DNA from: SAR202 cluster bacterium Io17-Chloro-G2
GTDB taxonomy: Bacteria > Chloroflexota > Dehalococcoidia > Lucifugimonadales > UBA3495
NCBI GenBank assembly: GCA_002816875.1
Contig: MUCP01000010.1
Span: 2,254 to 66,253 of the forward strand
Reading direction: 5' to 3'
DNA length: 64,000 nucleotides
The translations under genes and the position numbers were made by a program. The notes under the pieces are model-generated. The model ran no database searches, was not told the origin of the DNA, and was given only the letters and a program-made list of their open reading frames with translations. This document shows, one piece after another, positions 16,835-27,057 of the stretch (its first letter is position 1; each line of letters starts with the position of its first letter).

Positions 16835-19600
16835 TTAAGGCCCCCAGGAGGGATCATCATCCTGGGCCCCATGGTTGGTGACGTTGGTCTGGTTGGTGCC
16901 ATCGGTGTTCATCACGTATATCTCATAGTTGCCGTCCCGGAGGGAAAAGAAGGCAATCTGTGCCCCGTCGGGCGACCAGGAAGGTGCCCCATCGTCGGCG
17001 GGGTTATTTGTCAGCCTGGTCACACCAGACCCGTCGGCGTTCATCGCGTATATCTCTGCGTTGCCGTCCCGCTGGGAGTAGAAAGCGATCCTGACGCCGT
17101 CGGGCGACCAGGAAGGTGCACTATCGGTGGCGGGGCTATTTGTCAGCCTGGTTGGGCCAGAGGCATCGGCGTTCATCACGTATATCTCGTAGTTGCCGTC
17201 CCTGTTGGAAGAAAATGTAATCTGCGCCCCATCGGGCGACCAGGAAGGAGAGGAACTGTGAGCGGAGGTATTTGTCAACCTGGTCACGCCGGAGCCGTCG
17301 GCGTTCATCGCGTATATCTCTTCGTTGCCGTCCCGGCGGGAGGCGAAGGCGATCCTGGTGCCATCGGGCGACCAGGAAGCAACGAAATCGTTGGCGGGGT
17401 TATTTGTCAACCTGGTCAGGCCGGAGCCGTCGGCGTTCATCGCGTATATCTCTTGGTTGCCGTCTCGATCTGATGTGAAGGCGATCCTGTCGCCGTCCGG
17501 CGACAAGGAAGAAGTGTGATCGAACGTGGGGTTGTTCGTTAGTCTCGTCTGTCCCGACCCGTCGGCGTTCATAACGTAGATTTCGCGGTTGCCGTCTCGG
17601 TCTGAATCGAAGACGATTCTACCGGCAGGTGCCGGTACGGGCGTAGGTGTAGGCGTGGGAGTAGGCGGCACTGGCGTGGGTGTAGGCGTGGGCGTAGGCG
17701 TGGGGGTGGGCGTGGATACCGGCGTGGGAGTAGGCGGTACCGGTGTGGGCGTAGGGGTAGGTACCGGCGTGGGAACCGCTGTAGGCACTGGCGTCGGGAC
17801 TGGCGAAGGTACCGGTGTTGGGACTAGCGTAGCTACCGGCGTCGGGACTGGCGTAGGTACCGGTGTTGGGACTAGCGTAGCTACCGGCGTCGGGACTGGC
17901 GTAGGTACCGGCGTTGGGACTGGCCTAGCCAACGCTCGGAAGGAGGCGGACACGTTCCTGTGCCCGTCCATAATTATGACGCAGGGACCAGCACCTGAGC
18001 AGTCGCCACTCCACCCGCTGAACAGATAGTTATCGTTGGGCGTGGCCGTCACGGTCACCTGGCTACCAGAGTTGTACGGGTTGCTGCCCGAGGGTGAGGC
18101 GCTGCCGCCCTGGGACGCACTGACGTTCAGCGAGTATTGTTGCCGTACAAAGTTGGCCGTGACCTGTTGGTTCTGGTGCATGGTCACGGTACACGCGCCT
18201 GTTCCTGAGCAAGCGCCCTCCCAGCCAATGAATGCAAACTTCTGTGCTTGGGTGGCATCCTGGTTGAAGGCGACGGTGGCTGTCTCCCCTTCGATAAAGC
18301 TACCCGCGCCAGTAATAGTGCCCGCGCTTGGAGGGTTAATCTGGGTGGACAAGGTGAAATCCTGGATATCGTCAAATCGGCCGGTGACCGTCTTGTTTGA
18401 GTCCATGGTGACCGTGCACGGCCCGGTGCCGGAGCAGTCACCATCCCACCCCAGGAAAACATGGTCGGCCGACGCTTGTGCCATAAGGACGACTTGACCC
18501 CCGTGGGGGTGAACCGTGGCGCCGGCGGGCGATACGTTGCCACCTTGGGAAGGTTCGGCAAACACATTTAGAGTGAAGGACCGGATGGCGAAGGCAGCGG
18601 TAACGTCGAGGTCCTGGCCGATCACTAACTCGCATGGGCCCGTGCCGGCGCATGCTCCGGTCCAACCCTTGAATTCGTAGCCTTCGGCTTCGGTGAATGT
18701 CACGGTTACCTTTGTGCCGTATGGGTAGCTGGCGGTCCCGCTGGGAGACACTATGCCTCCGGTGGATGGGTTGGCCCTCGCGGACAGATTGAATTGGCGC
18801 GGCTGAAACGCAATCGCGGTTTCCCGCTTGCTGCTCATGGTCACCGCGCAGATTGCCGTGCCCAAACAGGCGCCAGACCATTGTCCAATCTCATATCCAG
18901 CTTGAGGTTGAGGCGTCAAAGTGACAATGGTCCCCTCTGCGTAGGCTCTAGACCCGGCAACCGGCGCTGGAGAGACCTTAACCGTGCCAAAATCCAAGGA
19001 CACGGTTTCAGTCTCCACCGTGCCGCCGTTGATTCTTAATTCATAGAAACTCTGTGGGATCCTAGTCGGGGCGTTGACCTTGACGAAAACGGCCCTGACG
19101 CTTTTGTCGGTATTTGTCTTCAGGTCTTCCGCGGCGTGGAGTCCCGAAATATCGTTCTCCCAGTGGTCAAAGCGCCATATGATGGCATCCTGAGGCCTGG
19201 CGATAAGACGAATCAAGTCATCCTTGCAAACCGGCGTTGCGTCTCCGTCGGTCAGGATGTCGGAACCGGCTATTTCCACGGAACCGGCGTCTACAGGCGT
19301 AATGAGGACCGACAGCTCAACGAACTGCTCGGACTGGCACACTGGGGCCGTAGGCACCGCCGCAGCCAAGGTTTCTCCGGGCGCCTTGGTCGCCGCGGGC
19401 TCGGCTATGGTTGCCGGCACGGCGGGAACGGGCTCGGCTGAGGTGGCCGGCACGGTGGGAATAGGCGCAGATGTTGAAGTTGCGACCGGGGCCGGCGCAT
19501 CCGGTTCGCCAAAGAAGATGCAGGCTACGGACATCAGCATCAAGATTGTGCCGAACAGGATTGCGAGACGGGCGTTGGCGATGACATTTTTCACAATCAT
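16835..19600 (-). CDS. Large surface protein: signal/lipobox-like N-terminus, about 6 InlB B-repeat-type beta domains, long (PVPT)n linker, C-terminal PD40/TolB-like beta-propeller
   Basis: Repeated F(x)GW(x)G(D/A)C(S/A)GTGPC(T/V)(V/I)TM modules; about 100 aa of PTPVPTPV linker; 7-8 repeats of DRDGNxEIYxMNADGSGxTRLTN. Confidence 0.75.
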   Translation of the reverse strand: MIVKNVIANARLAILFGTILMLMSVACIFFGEPDAPAPVATSTSAPIPTVPATSAEPVPAVPATIAEPAATKAPGETLAAAVPTAPVCQSEQFVELSVLITPVDAGSVEIAGSDILTDGDATPVCKDDLIRLIARPQDAIIWRFDHWENDISGLHAAEDLKTNTDKSVRAVFVKVNAPTRIPQSFYELRINGGTVETETVSLDFGTVKVSPAPVAGSRAYAEGTIVTLTPQPQAGYEIGQWSGACLGTAICAVTMSSKRETAIAFQPRQFNLSARANPSTGGIVSPSGTASYPYGTKVTVTFTEAEGYEFKGWTGACAGTGPCELVIGQDLDVTAAFAIRSFTLNVFAEPSQGGNVSPAGATVHPHGGQVVLMAQASADHVFLGWDGDCSGTGPCTVTMDSNKTVTGRFDDIQDFTLSTQINPPSAGTITGAGSFIEGETATVAFNQDATQAQKFAFIGWEGACSGTGACTVTMHQNQQVTANFVRQQYSLNVSASQGGSASPSGSNPYNSGSQVTVTATPNDNYLFSGWSGDCSGAGPCVIIMDGHRNVSASFRALARPVPTPVPTPVPTPVATLVPTPVPTPVPTPVATLVPTPVPSPVPTPVPTAVPTPVPTPTPTPVPPTPTPVSTPTPTPTPTPTPTPVPPTPTPTPTPVPAPAGRIVFDSDRDGNREIYVMNADGSGQTRLTNNPTFDHTSSLSPDGDRIAFTSDRDGNQEIYAMNADGSGLTRLTNNPANDFVASWSPDGTRIAFASRRDGNEEIYAMNADGSGVTRLTNTSAHSSSPSWSPDGAQITFSSNRDGNYEIYVMNADASGPTRLTNSPATDSAPSWSPDGVRIAFYSQRDGNAEIYAMNADGSGVTRLTNNPADDGAPSWSPDGAQIAFFSLRDGNYEIYVMNTDGTNQTNVTNHGAQDDDPSWGP
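17808..17925. repeat. 48-bp tandem repeat, about 2.4 copies, inside the PT linker of the large surface protein
   Basis: ggtaccggtgttgggactagcgtagctaccggcgtcgggactggcgta occurs at 17808-17855 and identically at 17856-17903, followed by a partial third unit. Confidence 0.85.
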
Positions 19601-19705
19601 GGGGTTCCTCCTCGAGTTGAGTTGCTCTCCATTAGTGTGGGTCTAAAGCCATCACAATTTCCTCACCAACTCCCAACGTGTTGCCTAAAACGGAAACACT
19701 GGTAA

Positions 19706-20551
19706 CTATCCGGACCTGCGCGGCGGCAACGTGATGATGAACTCGGTCCCTGCTCCCTGCGGGCTAAGGGCTTCAATCCTGCCTCCGTGAAGCTCCACCA
19801 GCATCTTGCACAGGTAAAGCCCCATTCCCGTGCCCCTGGCGGTCCCGGGACTGTAGCTGCGGTTGCCCCTCTCAAACAGAGTTGTCAGCACATCAGTTGG
19901 CACGCCATTGCCGTTATCGCCTATTCGGACGGTCACCTGGCCGTGTTGTTGCCCCACCTGGGCGGTTACCTCGGTGCCGGGGCCGTTGTGCTTCACGGCG
20001 TTCTCCAGCAGGTTGGCGAATACCTCCTTCAGGGCCTGCTGGTCCGCCGATATGGTCTGAACGTCTTGGCCGGGGTTGCGGACCGTTCCGCCCAGGGAAA
20101 TCCCTTTAGCATCGGCGGCCGGGGCGAACTCCACCAGCAGGTCCTCCAGCAACGCCGGGACGTTCACCGGCTCCATTACCAGGGGTTGGCCGGTCATTCC
20201 CAGGCGGACCATCAGGTCCAAACGCTGGATTAGGCCGTCGACTTCGGAGACCTCCTCGGAGATAGCCCGCCGGGCCACGCGCCACCGTTCGGCGTCTTTG
20301 GGCAGGTCCTCGCTGAAACCCCGGAGGTGCCCCCGCACGACCTCGCCTACCGCCTTTAGGCGATGGCTGAGGCGGCTGAACATGAGGTAGAGCACCTCTT
20401 TTTCTCCGGTGTCGATATCGGGCAAAGGCCTATTCTTCCGGCGGGCGAGCAACCAGGCGGCGCCGGCAGCCAGGACGATTCCAATAGCCAATGCGCCAAA
20501 CAGTAAGCCGACAAAGGTGGCCAAGTTGGTGTAGACCGGCAGGTTAAACAT
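19706..20551 (-). CDS. Membrane-anchored sensor histidine kinase (single N-terminal TM, DHp H-box, HATPase_c)
   Basis: N-terminal TM, H-box FSRLSHRLK, N-box NLLENAVKHN, G-boxes DNGNGV and GTGMGLYL. Confidence 0.75.
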   Translation of the reverse strand: MFNLPVYTNLATFVGLLFGALAIGIVLAAGAAWLLARRKNRPLPDIDTGEKEVLYLMFSRLSHRLKAVGEVVRGHLRGFSEDLPKDAERWRVARRAISEEVSEVDGLIQRLDLMVRLGMTGQPLVMEPVNVPALLEDLLVEFAPAADAKGISLGGTVRNPGQDVQTISADQQALKEVFANLLENAVKHNGPGTEVTAQVGQQHGQVTVRIGDNGNGVPTDVLTTLFERGNRSYSPGTARGTGMGLYLCKMLVELHGGRIEALSPQGAGTEFIITLPPRRSG

Positions 20552-20563
20552 CCCTCAGAGGCC

Positions 20564-21334
20564 TTAATCGAGGGCCCGGAACCGGTATCCCACGCCGTAG
20601 TGGGTGACGATGTATGCCGGGTCTCTGGGATTGGGCTCCAGCTTTTGGCGAAGCCTCATGATATGGTTTTGGAGGGAGCTTTCGTCTCCTTCTATCCCGG
20701 CGGCAGCCATGATCTGCTCTTTGTGCACTGCAGGCCCGTCATGTTCCACCAGGGTCTTAAGAATGGCAAACTCAGTGGCAGTTAGATAGACATCCTTCCA
20801 GGACCCCTCCAACTTCACCTGAACCCTCCCGCCTGCCAGGTCGACTTTCAGATAGTTGTCATATTCGCGGTCTACTACGCCACCGGCGCGGGTCAACCGG
20901 GCCTTGATACGCGCGATGAGCTCACCCATATCCGACTTGCGCTCCAAGTATTCCGTGGGAGGCATGCCCCTCCGGAGCTCTTCCCGGCGCAACTCCTCCC
21001 GCTTGGTCACGTAATCGTCTGCGCCCAGTGAAAAAGCCCGTTCCATAAAGTGGGCATCCTCAGCCCGGTCCTTGATGGTCAAAAAGATAACCGGTGTGGT
21101 GATGCCTTGCTCCCGAAGCCGCTTGCACACGTCCAGTCCGTTCATGTCCGGGTCGCCCAGCATGATGTCCAACACGATCAAGTCCGGCTCTTGCTCTTCA
21201 ACCGTTTCCATCGCGGTCCAGCCATCGGCCGCCTCGATGAAATGGTAGCCGGCGTCTTCAAGGGCGAACTTTACGTATGACCGGACGTTGGGGTTGTCGT
21301 CTACGAAGAGGACCGTTTTTATTTGATCGTCCAT
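20564..21334 (-). CDS. OmpR-family response regulator (REC + winged helix) with an inserted charged segment
   Basis: VLFVDDN...DLIVLDIMLGD...DDYVTK receiver motifs; C-terminal LTATEFAILKTLV...YIVTHYGVGYRF. Start set at MDDQIK. Forms a pair with the adjacent kinase. Confidence 0.8.
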   Translation of the reverse strand: MDDQIKTVLFVDDNPNVRSYVKFALEDAGYHFIEAADGWTAMETVEEQEPDLIVLDIMLGDPDMNGLDVCKRLREQGITTPVIFLTIKDRAEDAHFMERAFSLGADDYVTKREELRREELRRGMPPTEYLERKSDMGELIARIKARLTRAGGVVDREYDNYLKVDLAGGRVQVKLEGSWKDVYLTATEFAILKTLVEHDGPAVHKEQIMAAAGIEGDESSLQNHIMRLRQKLEPNPRDPAYIVTHYGVGYRFRALD

Positions 21335-21602
21335 GGTATCGGCAACTCCGGAGAGAAAATCATTGGGGCCGACGATTTTCAGGTATAGTACACCCAACCC
21401 CGACCGCAAATCCTCACCCGATTATCACACTCATGTGGGTGAACCAAACCTAAGCCTGGGCATGCGTTCATACCGAGATGATTGAGGTTGTCAGAATGGC
21501 GTCTACCACCCCACTCTTGCGCCACAATCGCCTGTGCTATAGTCTAGGCTGGGCCTCCGGTTAGGGGCTTGTCATACGGTTGCTGGAATAGGATAAGTGT
21601 TC

Positions 21603-23186
21603 ATGTCCAAGATATTAGTTTCGGACCCCATTGCTAACGAAGGCGTGGAGCTGCTGCAGTCGCGGCCCGAGGTGCAGGTCGACGTGATGACGGGCATGAA
21701 GCCGCCGGAGTTGCTGGCGGTGGTGGGCGGTTACGAGGGCTTGGTGGTCCGCAGCGAGACTAAGGTGACCTCGGAGGTCATCAAACAGGGCAGCAAGCTG
21801 CGGGTGATCGCCCGGGCTGGCATCGGCGTGGATAACATCGACCTTGACGCCGCCACCGGAGCTGGCATCGCCGTGGTGAACGCGCCCACAGGCAACACCG
21901 TAGCGGCCGCTGAGCACACCGTCGCCTTGATGCTAGCCCTGTCGCGCAACATTCCAGACGCCAACCAGTCCATGAAAGAAGGCCAATGGAAGCGCAGCGC
22001 TTTCATGGGTATTGAGGTGCGAAACAAGACCCTGGGTATCGCCGGCCTGGGCCGGGTGGGAACCGAGGTGGCCCGCCGCGCCCAGAGCTTCGGCATGCGC
22101 CTGGTGGGGTTCGATCCCTTCGTCGCGCCGGAATACGCCCGGCGTTTGGGCGTGGAGCTTTTGACCCTGGAGGAGATGCTGGCCCAGGCCGATTTCGTGA
22201 CGTTGCACACGCCGCTAACCGACGGAACCCGCGAGATGATCGGCGCCCCACAACTTGCGATCATCAAAGAAGGAGCACGGCTGATAAACGTGGCCCGGGG
22301 GGAGCTCATCAACGAGGCGGCCCTGCTGGAGGCTTTGGATGCCGGCCGTCTTGGCGGCGTGGCCCTTGATGTTTTCGCCCAAGAGCCGCCGGTGGACAGT
22401 CCCTTGCCCAAGCATCCCAAAGTGCTGGTCACGCCTCATCTGGGCGCATCCACTGAGGAGGCCCAGCGGGAGGTGGCCATCGAGGCGGCCGAGCAGGTGC
22501 TGGCGGTATTAAGCGGACAACCCGCCCGCAACACTGTGAACGCGCCGTTCCTGCCGCCGGAGATTCACGAAGTGGTGGCCCCTTACATTCAGGTAGGTAC
22601 GGTCCTGGGAAAGTTGCTTACGTTCATGGCCGGCGGCCAGCCCGTTGCACTTACCATCAGGCATGAAGGTGAAATCTCCCAGCACGAATCCCCTATTTTG
22701 AAGGCCGCCGTCCTGGCGGGATTGTTGTCACCGGTCAGCAGCCAGCACGTCAATCTGATCAACGCTCCCCTATTGGCGCAGCAGCGGGGATTGAACGTCA
22801 CCGAACAGCGCAACGACGTCGCCCAGGAATACGCCAGCATCTTGACCGCCACCTTGGAGACCACCGAAGGGAGCATTACCCTGTCAGGCACCTCCATGCG
22901 CGACGAGCCCCATATCGTCAAGGTCAACGATTACTGGCTGGATATCACCCCTACCACCCCCTACATGCTATTTGTTGACAACCAGGACCAGCCTGGGTCC
23001 ATCGGCGCAGTGGGGACCATAGCCGGCAAGCACAATATCAACATCAGTTTCATGGAGGTCGGCCGCCTTAACATGAGGGGCCGGGCCATGATGGTTTTGG
23101 GGCTTGACGACCCTGTTCCACCCGCCGTCATGGAGGAGATAATAGCGCTCCCCCATATCTTCACGGCCCGCATGGTGACCCTATAA
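21603..23186 (+). CDS. serA: D-3-phosphoglycerate dehydrogenase (long form with ASB and ACT domains)
   Basis: About 527 aa. GLGRVG NAD motif, ...HTPLT..., ...VARG..., C-terminal ACT region (GRAMMVLGLDDPV). Confidence 0.85.
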   Translation: MSKILVSDPIANEGVELLQSRPEVQVDVMTGMKPPELLAVVGGYEGLVVRSETKVTSEVIKQGSKLRVIARAGIGVDNIDLDAATGAGIAVVNAPTGNTVAAAEHTVALMLALSRNIPDANQSMKEGQWKRSAFMGIEVRNKTLGIAGLGRVGTEVARRAQSFGMRLVGFDPFVAPEYARRLGVELLTLEEMLAQADFVTLHTPLTDGTREMIGAPQLAIIKEGARLINVARGELINEAALLEALDAGRLGGVALDVFAQEPPVDSPLPKHPKVLVTPHLGASTEEAQREVAIEAAEQVLAVLSGQPARNTVNAPFLPPEIHEVVAPYIQVGTVLGKLLTFMAGGQPVALTIRHEGEISQHESPILKAAVLAGLLSPVSSQHVNLINAPLLAQQRGLNVTEQRNDVAQEYASILTATLETTEGSITLSGTSMRDEPHIVKVNDYWLDITPTTPYMLFVDNQDQPGSIGAVGTIAGKHNINISFMEVGRLNMRGRAMMVLGLDDPVPPAVMEEIIALPHIFTARMVTL

Positions 23187-23350
23187 CCGGTGAATGTCTG
23201 GCAACTCCATGATCTTTAGGGATGCAAGCACACACGAATAGGAGTAGCCTTTGAACAAAACATTCTCCCTCGTTCCCTCTCCCGCTGGGAGTGGGATGGT
23301 CCGCCGAAGGCGGGTCTGGGTGAGGGCAACCGCGACAGGAGGTTCAAATC

Positions 23351-24400
23351 ATGGCGGATAAGATAGCGATCATGGGACCGGGGGCCGTGGGCAGCTATGT
23401 AGGGGCCTTTCTAGTAAGAGAAGGCGAAGACGTGACGTTCATCGACATGTGGCCCGAGCACGTGGAGACGATGAAGTCCAAGGGTCTTAGGGCCAGCGGC
23501 AGCCAGGGTGACTTCACCGTGCCAGTGAACGCCATGCATCTGACCGAGGCCCAAGGCATCCATGATCTGTTCGACATCGCGTTCATCACCGTAAAGTCCT
23601 ACGACACCGAATGGGCTACCCACTTCATCAAGCGGTACGTGAAGCCAGATGGTTTCTTCCTGTCCATCCAGAACTGCTGGAACGACCCGGTGATCGGCGG
23701 CATCGTTGGCAGCGATAATGCGTTGGGCTGCATCGCATCGCACATCGAGGTCGCCCTCTGGGAACCGGGCCATGTTTTGCGAGGCGGCGAGCCGGGCCGG
23801 GACCACGGCCACACCGTGTTCCGGGTGGGCGAGCATGATGGCCGCGTCACAAACCGCTCCGAAGGCATAGCCAAAAAACTGGACTGCATAGATGCCGCCT
23901 ACGCCACCGACAACCTGTGGGGTGAGCGGTGGTCCAAGCTTTGCCAGAACGGCATGGGCAACGCCATCTCTTCTATTTCCGGCATGGGTTCGCAAGAGAT
24001 GGCGCTGGATGCCAGACTCAGGATGATACGGATCCACTTGGCCAAAGAAGGCGCCCAAGTGGGTCTGGCCATGGGCTTGAACGTAGTGGACATGAGCGGT
24101 AAGCCCGCCGCCATGTGGGCCGACGCGGACAAGGGCGACGTTTTCGAAGAGTTGGACGACTTCATGAGCACCCGTGGCGGCAACGTGAACTGGCTGGCGT
24201 CCATGGCCCAAGATGTCAAGAAAGGCCGTCAATCCGAGATCGATTTCATGAATGGATTGGTCTCTGAGAAAGGGCGGGAGGTAGCCGTTACCACACCATT
24301 CCACGACGCGGTCATAGATGCCATGCACGGCATAGATGACGGCTCTATCAAGCAAGGGTCTGAGAACGTGGACCGGGTCCTCCGGGCCGCGGGCAGGTAG
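23351..24400 (+). CDS. Ketopantoate reductase (ApbA/PanE) family oxidoreductase
   Basis: IMGPGAVGSYVG Rossmann motif, ...WSKLCQNG..., SMAQDVKKGRQSEIDFMNG signature. Confidence 0.75.
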   Translation: MADKIAIMGPGAVGSYVGAFLVREGEDVTFIDMWPEHVETMKSKGLRASGSQGDFTVPVNAMHLTEAQGIHDLFDIAFITVKSYDTEWATHFIKRYVKPDGFFLSIQNCWNDPVIGGIVGSDNALGCIASHIEVALWEPGHVLRGGEPGRDHGHTVFRVGEHDGRVTNRSEGIAKKLDCIDAAYATDNLWGERWSKLCQNGMGNAISSISGMGSQEMALDARLRMIRIHLAKEGAQVGLAMGLNVVDMSGKPAAMWADADKGDVFEELDDFMSTRGGNVNWLASMAQDVKKGRQSEIDFMNGLVSEKGREVAVTTPFHDAVIDAMHGIDDGSIKQGSENVDRVLRAAGR

Positions 24401-24451
24401 CGGCGGCGGCCGGCGGGTTGCCGCCCTTGAATTGGCGTAGGATGTGACACC

Positions 24452-24907
24452 GTGTTCGTGCAAGTAGAGCCGGCTGAATTTTTCATGTACCGGGTCAAGC
24501 TGATATTTGACCTGGAGAACCCCGACTCGGAAGACCAGGAAGCCAGGGACTACCTGGAAGAGAAAGAATTGGAGCCCAGGTACCTGAGCAACTCCGAGCT
24601 AGACGGGCGGCAATGCGAGATAATGCAATTTGGCGGCTGCTACCTGGGCAAACACCTGGATCACCTGGGCCAGATCCAGCGGCGGGCGGTTGAGGTGGAG
24701 GTCCTAACTGAGGAGATCCGGGGCCATCTAGCCTCCGAAGGCGACGGCCCGGCGCCAAGCATAGACGAAGCCTTGATGGCCGCGCTGGTAGAGGAGTTCC
24801 ATCAGGACTCCGCCTTTCAGGCGGCGGAAAATGGTGAACTAGTAGCGGTGCTGGACGCGGACACGGTCAGAGCAGCAGCCCGCCAGCACGCGGCGGCGGG
24901 CCGTTAA
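24452..24907 (+). CDS. Hypothetical acidic protein
   Basis: ORF only. No family recognised; start uncertain (GTG at 24452 or ATG at 24485). Confidence 0.35.
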   Translation: MFVQVEPAEFFMYRVKLIFDLENPDSEDQEARDYLEEKELEPRYLSNSELDGRQCEIMQFGGCYLGKHLDHLGQIQRRAVEVEVLTEEIRGHLASEGDGPAPSIDEALMAALVEEFHQDSAFQAAENGELVAVLDADTVRAAARQHAAAGR

Positions 24908-25079
24908 CGGGGACCCCTGGGCCGGCTTAGTCCGAACACCCTCGATTTCCGCGGCGTGTTGGCTGATTACCTAAAACGCTAGGGTGGCTTAAAGTCTAAC
25001 TAATCAGGCGTAAGTCAAAAAATGAGAGTCCCTTAAAGAGGCCCCGGCAAACGCAGGGGCCTTAGCTTTGTCTGGGGCG

Positions 25080-25153
25080 TGGAGCGGGTGATGAGAATCG
25101 AACTCACGTGACCAGCTTGGAAGGCTGGAGCTCTACCACTGAGCTACACCCGC
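25080..25153 (-). tRNA. tRNA-Gly (anticodon UCC), with CCA encoded
   Basis: Reverse complement GCGGGTG-TA-GCTC-AGTGGTA-GAGC-T-CCAGC-CTTCCAA-GCTGG-TCAC-GTGAG-TTCGATT-CTCAT-CACCCGC-T-CCA folds as a canonical cloverleaf of 74 nt. Confidence 0.9.
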
Positions 25154-25175
25154 CCGGAGGACCTACGGAGTCCCA

Positions 25176-25181
25176 ATTATA
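25176..25181 (-). promoter_or_regulatory. Candidate -10 box (TATAAT) for the tRNA-Gly gene
   Basis: A perfect TATAAT on the minus strand lies 23 nt upstream of the mature tRNA 5' end. Only a weak -35 (TAGCTT) sits at 17-nt spacing. Confidence 0.3.
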
Positions 25182-25333
25182 AACGGTGGCCGTATTCCAA
25201 GCTAGTGGCTGCCACTCTCTCCCTGGATTTCAATCCGATATCAACCGAAAGGCGTTAGAATATAATAGAGGGAGCGTCGGCAGTCTGCTAAGCGGATCGA
25301 TTCGAAGGAGTTGTTGAAAACCCATTGCGGGAC

Positions 25334-25846
25334 ATGGTGTACAAGTTTCAGCCGGCGTTGATCATCGCCGCCAGAATCATATCCGGGTTCTTTCTGGCTG
25401 GGGCAGCCAGCATGGTGTCCATCACCGTTGCCTGGGGCCTTTTCATTTTTGCCAGCTCCCAGTCGGCCCAGGCATGGTTTATCCTGCAACTCTGCGCCGC
25501 CGGGATGGGCGCCGGATCGGGCAGCATTTTGGCCTGGTTCAATATTGACCGCAATACCAAGCTGTTGGTGACGATGATGGTAACGGTGGCGATCCTGGGC
25601 GGTCTGGCCGGAGCTTGGGCGGGTTATGAGTACGGCGCCTATCGCAATGCCCTGTGCTGCGACAAGGGAGGCACCATCATACTGCTCAGGCCGGTAACCT
25701 ATTCTGCTGTGGGCTCAGCCTTGTTGGCCAACCTGGCTATGCTGATTTTCGCATTGGTCAGGAACAGGATGAAGGCGTCATTGAGGTCGTCTCACCCTCC
25801 GGCGACGCTGGTGAGTGGCACTGAATATAGATCGGTCAATCGTTAG
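25334..25846 (+). CDS. Hypothetical integral membrane protein (about 5 TM segments)
   Basis: Hydrophobicity pattern only. Confidence 0.4.
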   Translation: MVYKFQPALIIAARIISGFFLAGAASMVSITVAWGLFIFASSQSAQAWFILQLCAAGMGAGSGSILAWFNIDRNTKLLVTMMVTVAILGGLAGAWAGYEYGAYRNALCCDKGGTIILLRPVTYSAVGSALLANLAMLIFALVRNRMKASLRSSHPPATLVSGTEYRSVNR

Positions 25847-26070
25847 AATCACGGTCAACACAGGTGATGTCGCTTGACAATGAAATTGGGCGATTATACA
25901 GTGTTGCTCGCCTCGAACACCTAGCCCCGAGACGATATCTAAGAGGCTGGAGATCCCAAAGCAAAATAAGCCGTAACCATAGTACGGGACCAACCCTAGT
26001 ACAATTCGATAAACTTGATTGTGGAAATCGATGGCTTGAAATCAGTGGAAGGATGTGAAAGTAAAATATC

Positions 26071-27057
26071 GTGGTGGAGTCTGCGACGATCGGAGAAATA
26101 GTCCTTGAGGTGGAAGACCTCCGCACCTACTTCCGCACCCGCTTTGGAACGGTAAAAGCGGTGGATGGTGTTAGTTTCAACCTGCGTAAAGGCGAGACCC
26201 TGGGCATCGTGGGTGAGTCGGGCTGCGGCAAATCCGTCACGATGCTATCGATGATGCGGCTGGTGCCCATTCCGCCGGGACGCATCGTGTCAGGCAAGAT
26301 CGTCTTAGATGGCGAGGACTTGCTTCAGCTCAGCGAAGGTGAGATGACCAACATCAGGGGCAGCAAGATCGCCCTAATCATCCAGGACCCCATGACCTCG
26401 CTGAACCCGGTTTTTTCCATAGGGAGTCAGGTTGCCGAGGCCATCAAGCTTCACCATGACATCCCCCACAGAAGCGTTGTAGATCAGGCGCTGGAAGTTC
26501 TGCGTAAGGTGAATATTCCCGCCGCGGAAACCAGAATGCGAGACTATCCCCACCAGATGAGCGGCGGTATGCGCCAGCGGGTGGTGGGCGCGATCGGGAT
26601 TTCATGCGAGCCCATGGTCCTTATTGCCGACGAACCCACCACGTCGTTGGACGTGACCATTCAAGCCCAATACTTGAAGCTGTTAAAAGACATCCAAAAG
26701 GAATCGGACCTTTCACTCATCTTCATCACCCACGACTTCGGCATCGTGGCGAAGATGTGCGACAGGGTCGCGGTGATGTACGCAGGCAGAATCGTGGAGA
26801 TGGGAAGCGTCCGGGACATCTTCAACCATCCTTCACATCCCTACACCGAGGCCTTGCTGGCATCGGTCCCCAAGATGGAACAGGACGTGGAGCGTTTGTA
26901 CTCCATTGAGGGACAACCTCCCACCTTGCACGACCTGCCCGAGGGCTGCCCATTTGCCCCTCGCTGCCCGCATGTCATGGACCGTTGCCGGACCGAGTAT
27001 CCACCCCAGATAGACCAGTCTGAAACCCACTACGCCTCTTGCTGGAGGCTGGCATGA
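26071..27057 (+). CDS. Oligopeptide/dipeptide ABC transporter ATP-binding protein (OppD/DppD type)
   Basis: Walker A GESGCGKS, signature MSGGMRQR, Walker B LIADEPT, C-terminal oligo_HPY region (HPYTEALL...CPFAPRC). Confidence 0.85.
   Translation: MVESATIGEIVLEVEDLRTYFRTRFGTVKAVDGVSFNLRKGETLGIVGESGCGKSVTMLSMMRLVPIPPGRIVSGKIVLDGEDLLQLSEGEMTNIRGSKIALIIQDPMTSLNPVFSIGSQVAEAIKLHHDIPHRSVVDQALEVLRKVNIPAAETRMRDYPHQMSGGMRQRVVGAIGISCEPMVLIADEPTTSLDVTIQAQYLKLLKDIQKESDLSLIFITHDFGIVAKMCDRVAVMYAGRIVEMGSVRDIFNHPSHPYTEALLASVPKMEQDVERLYSIEGQPPTLHDLPEGCPFAPRCPHVMDRCRTEYPPQIDQSETHYASCWRLA

Noticed and set aside
23411-24463. 350-aa ORF on the minus strand
   Set aside because: It is antisense to the ketopantoate-reductase-family gene, which has clear Rossmann and signature motifs. 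The antisense product is low-complexity (H/G/R/P/A) with no family resemblance.
25080-25153. tRNA-Gly as an integration site of a genomic island or prophage
   Set aside because: No integrase, phage or transposase gene lies on either side, and I could not see a direct repeat of the tRNA 3' end nearby. The flanking genes are ordinary metabolic and transport genes.
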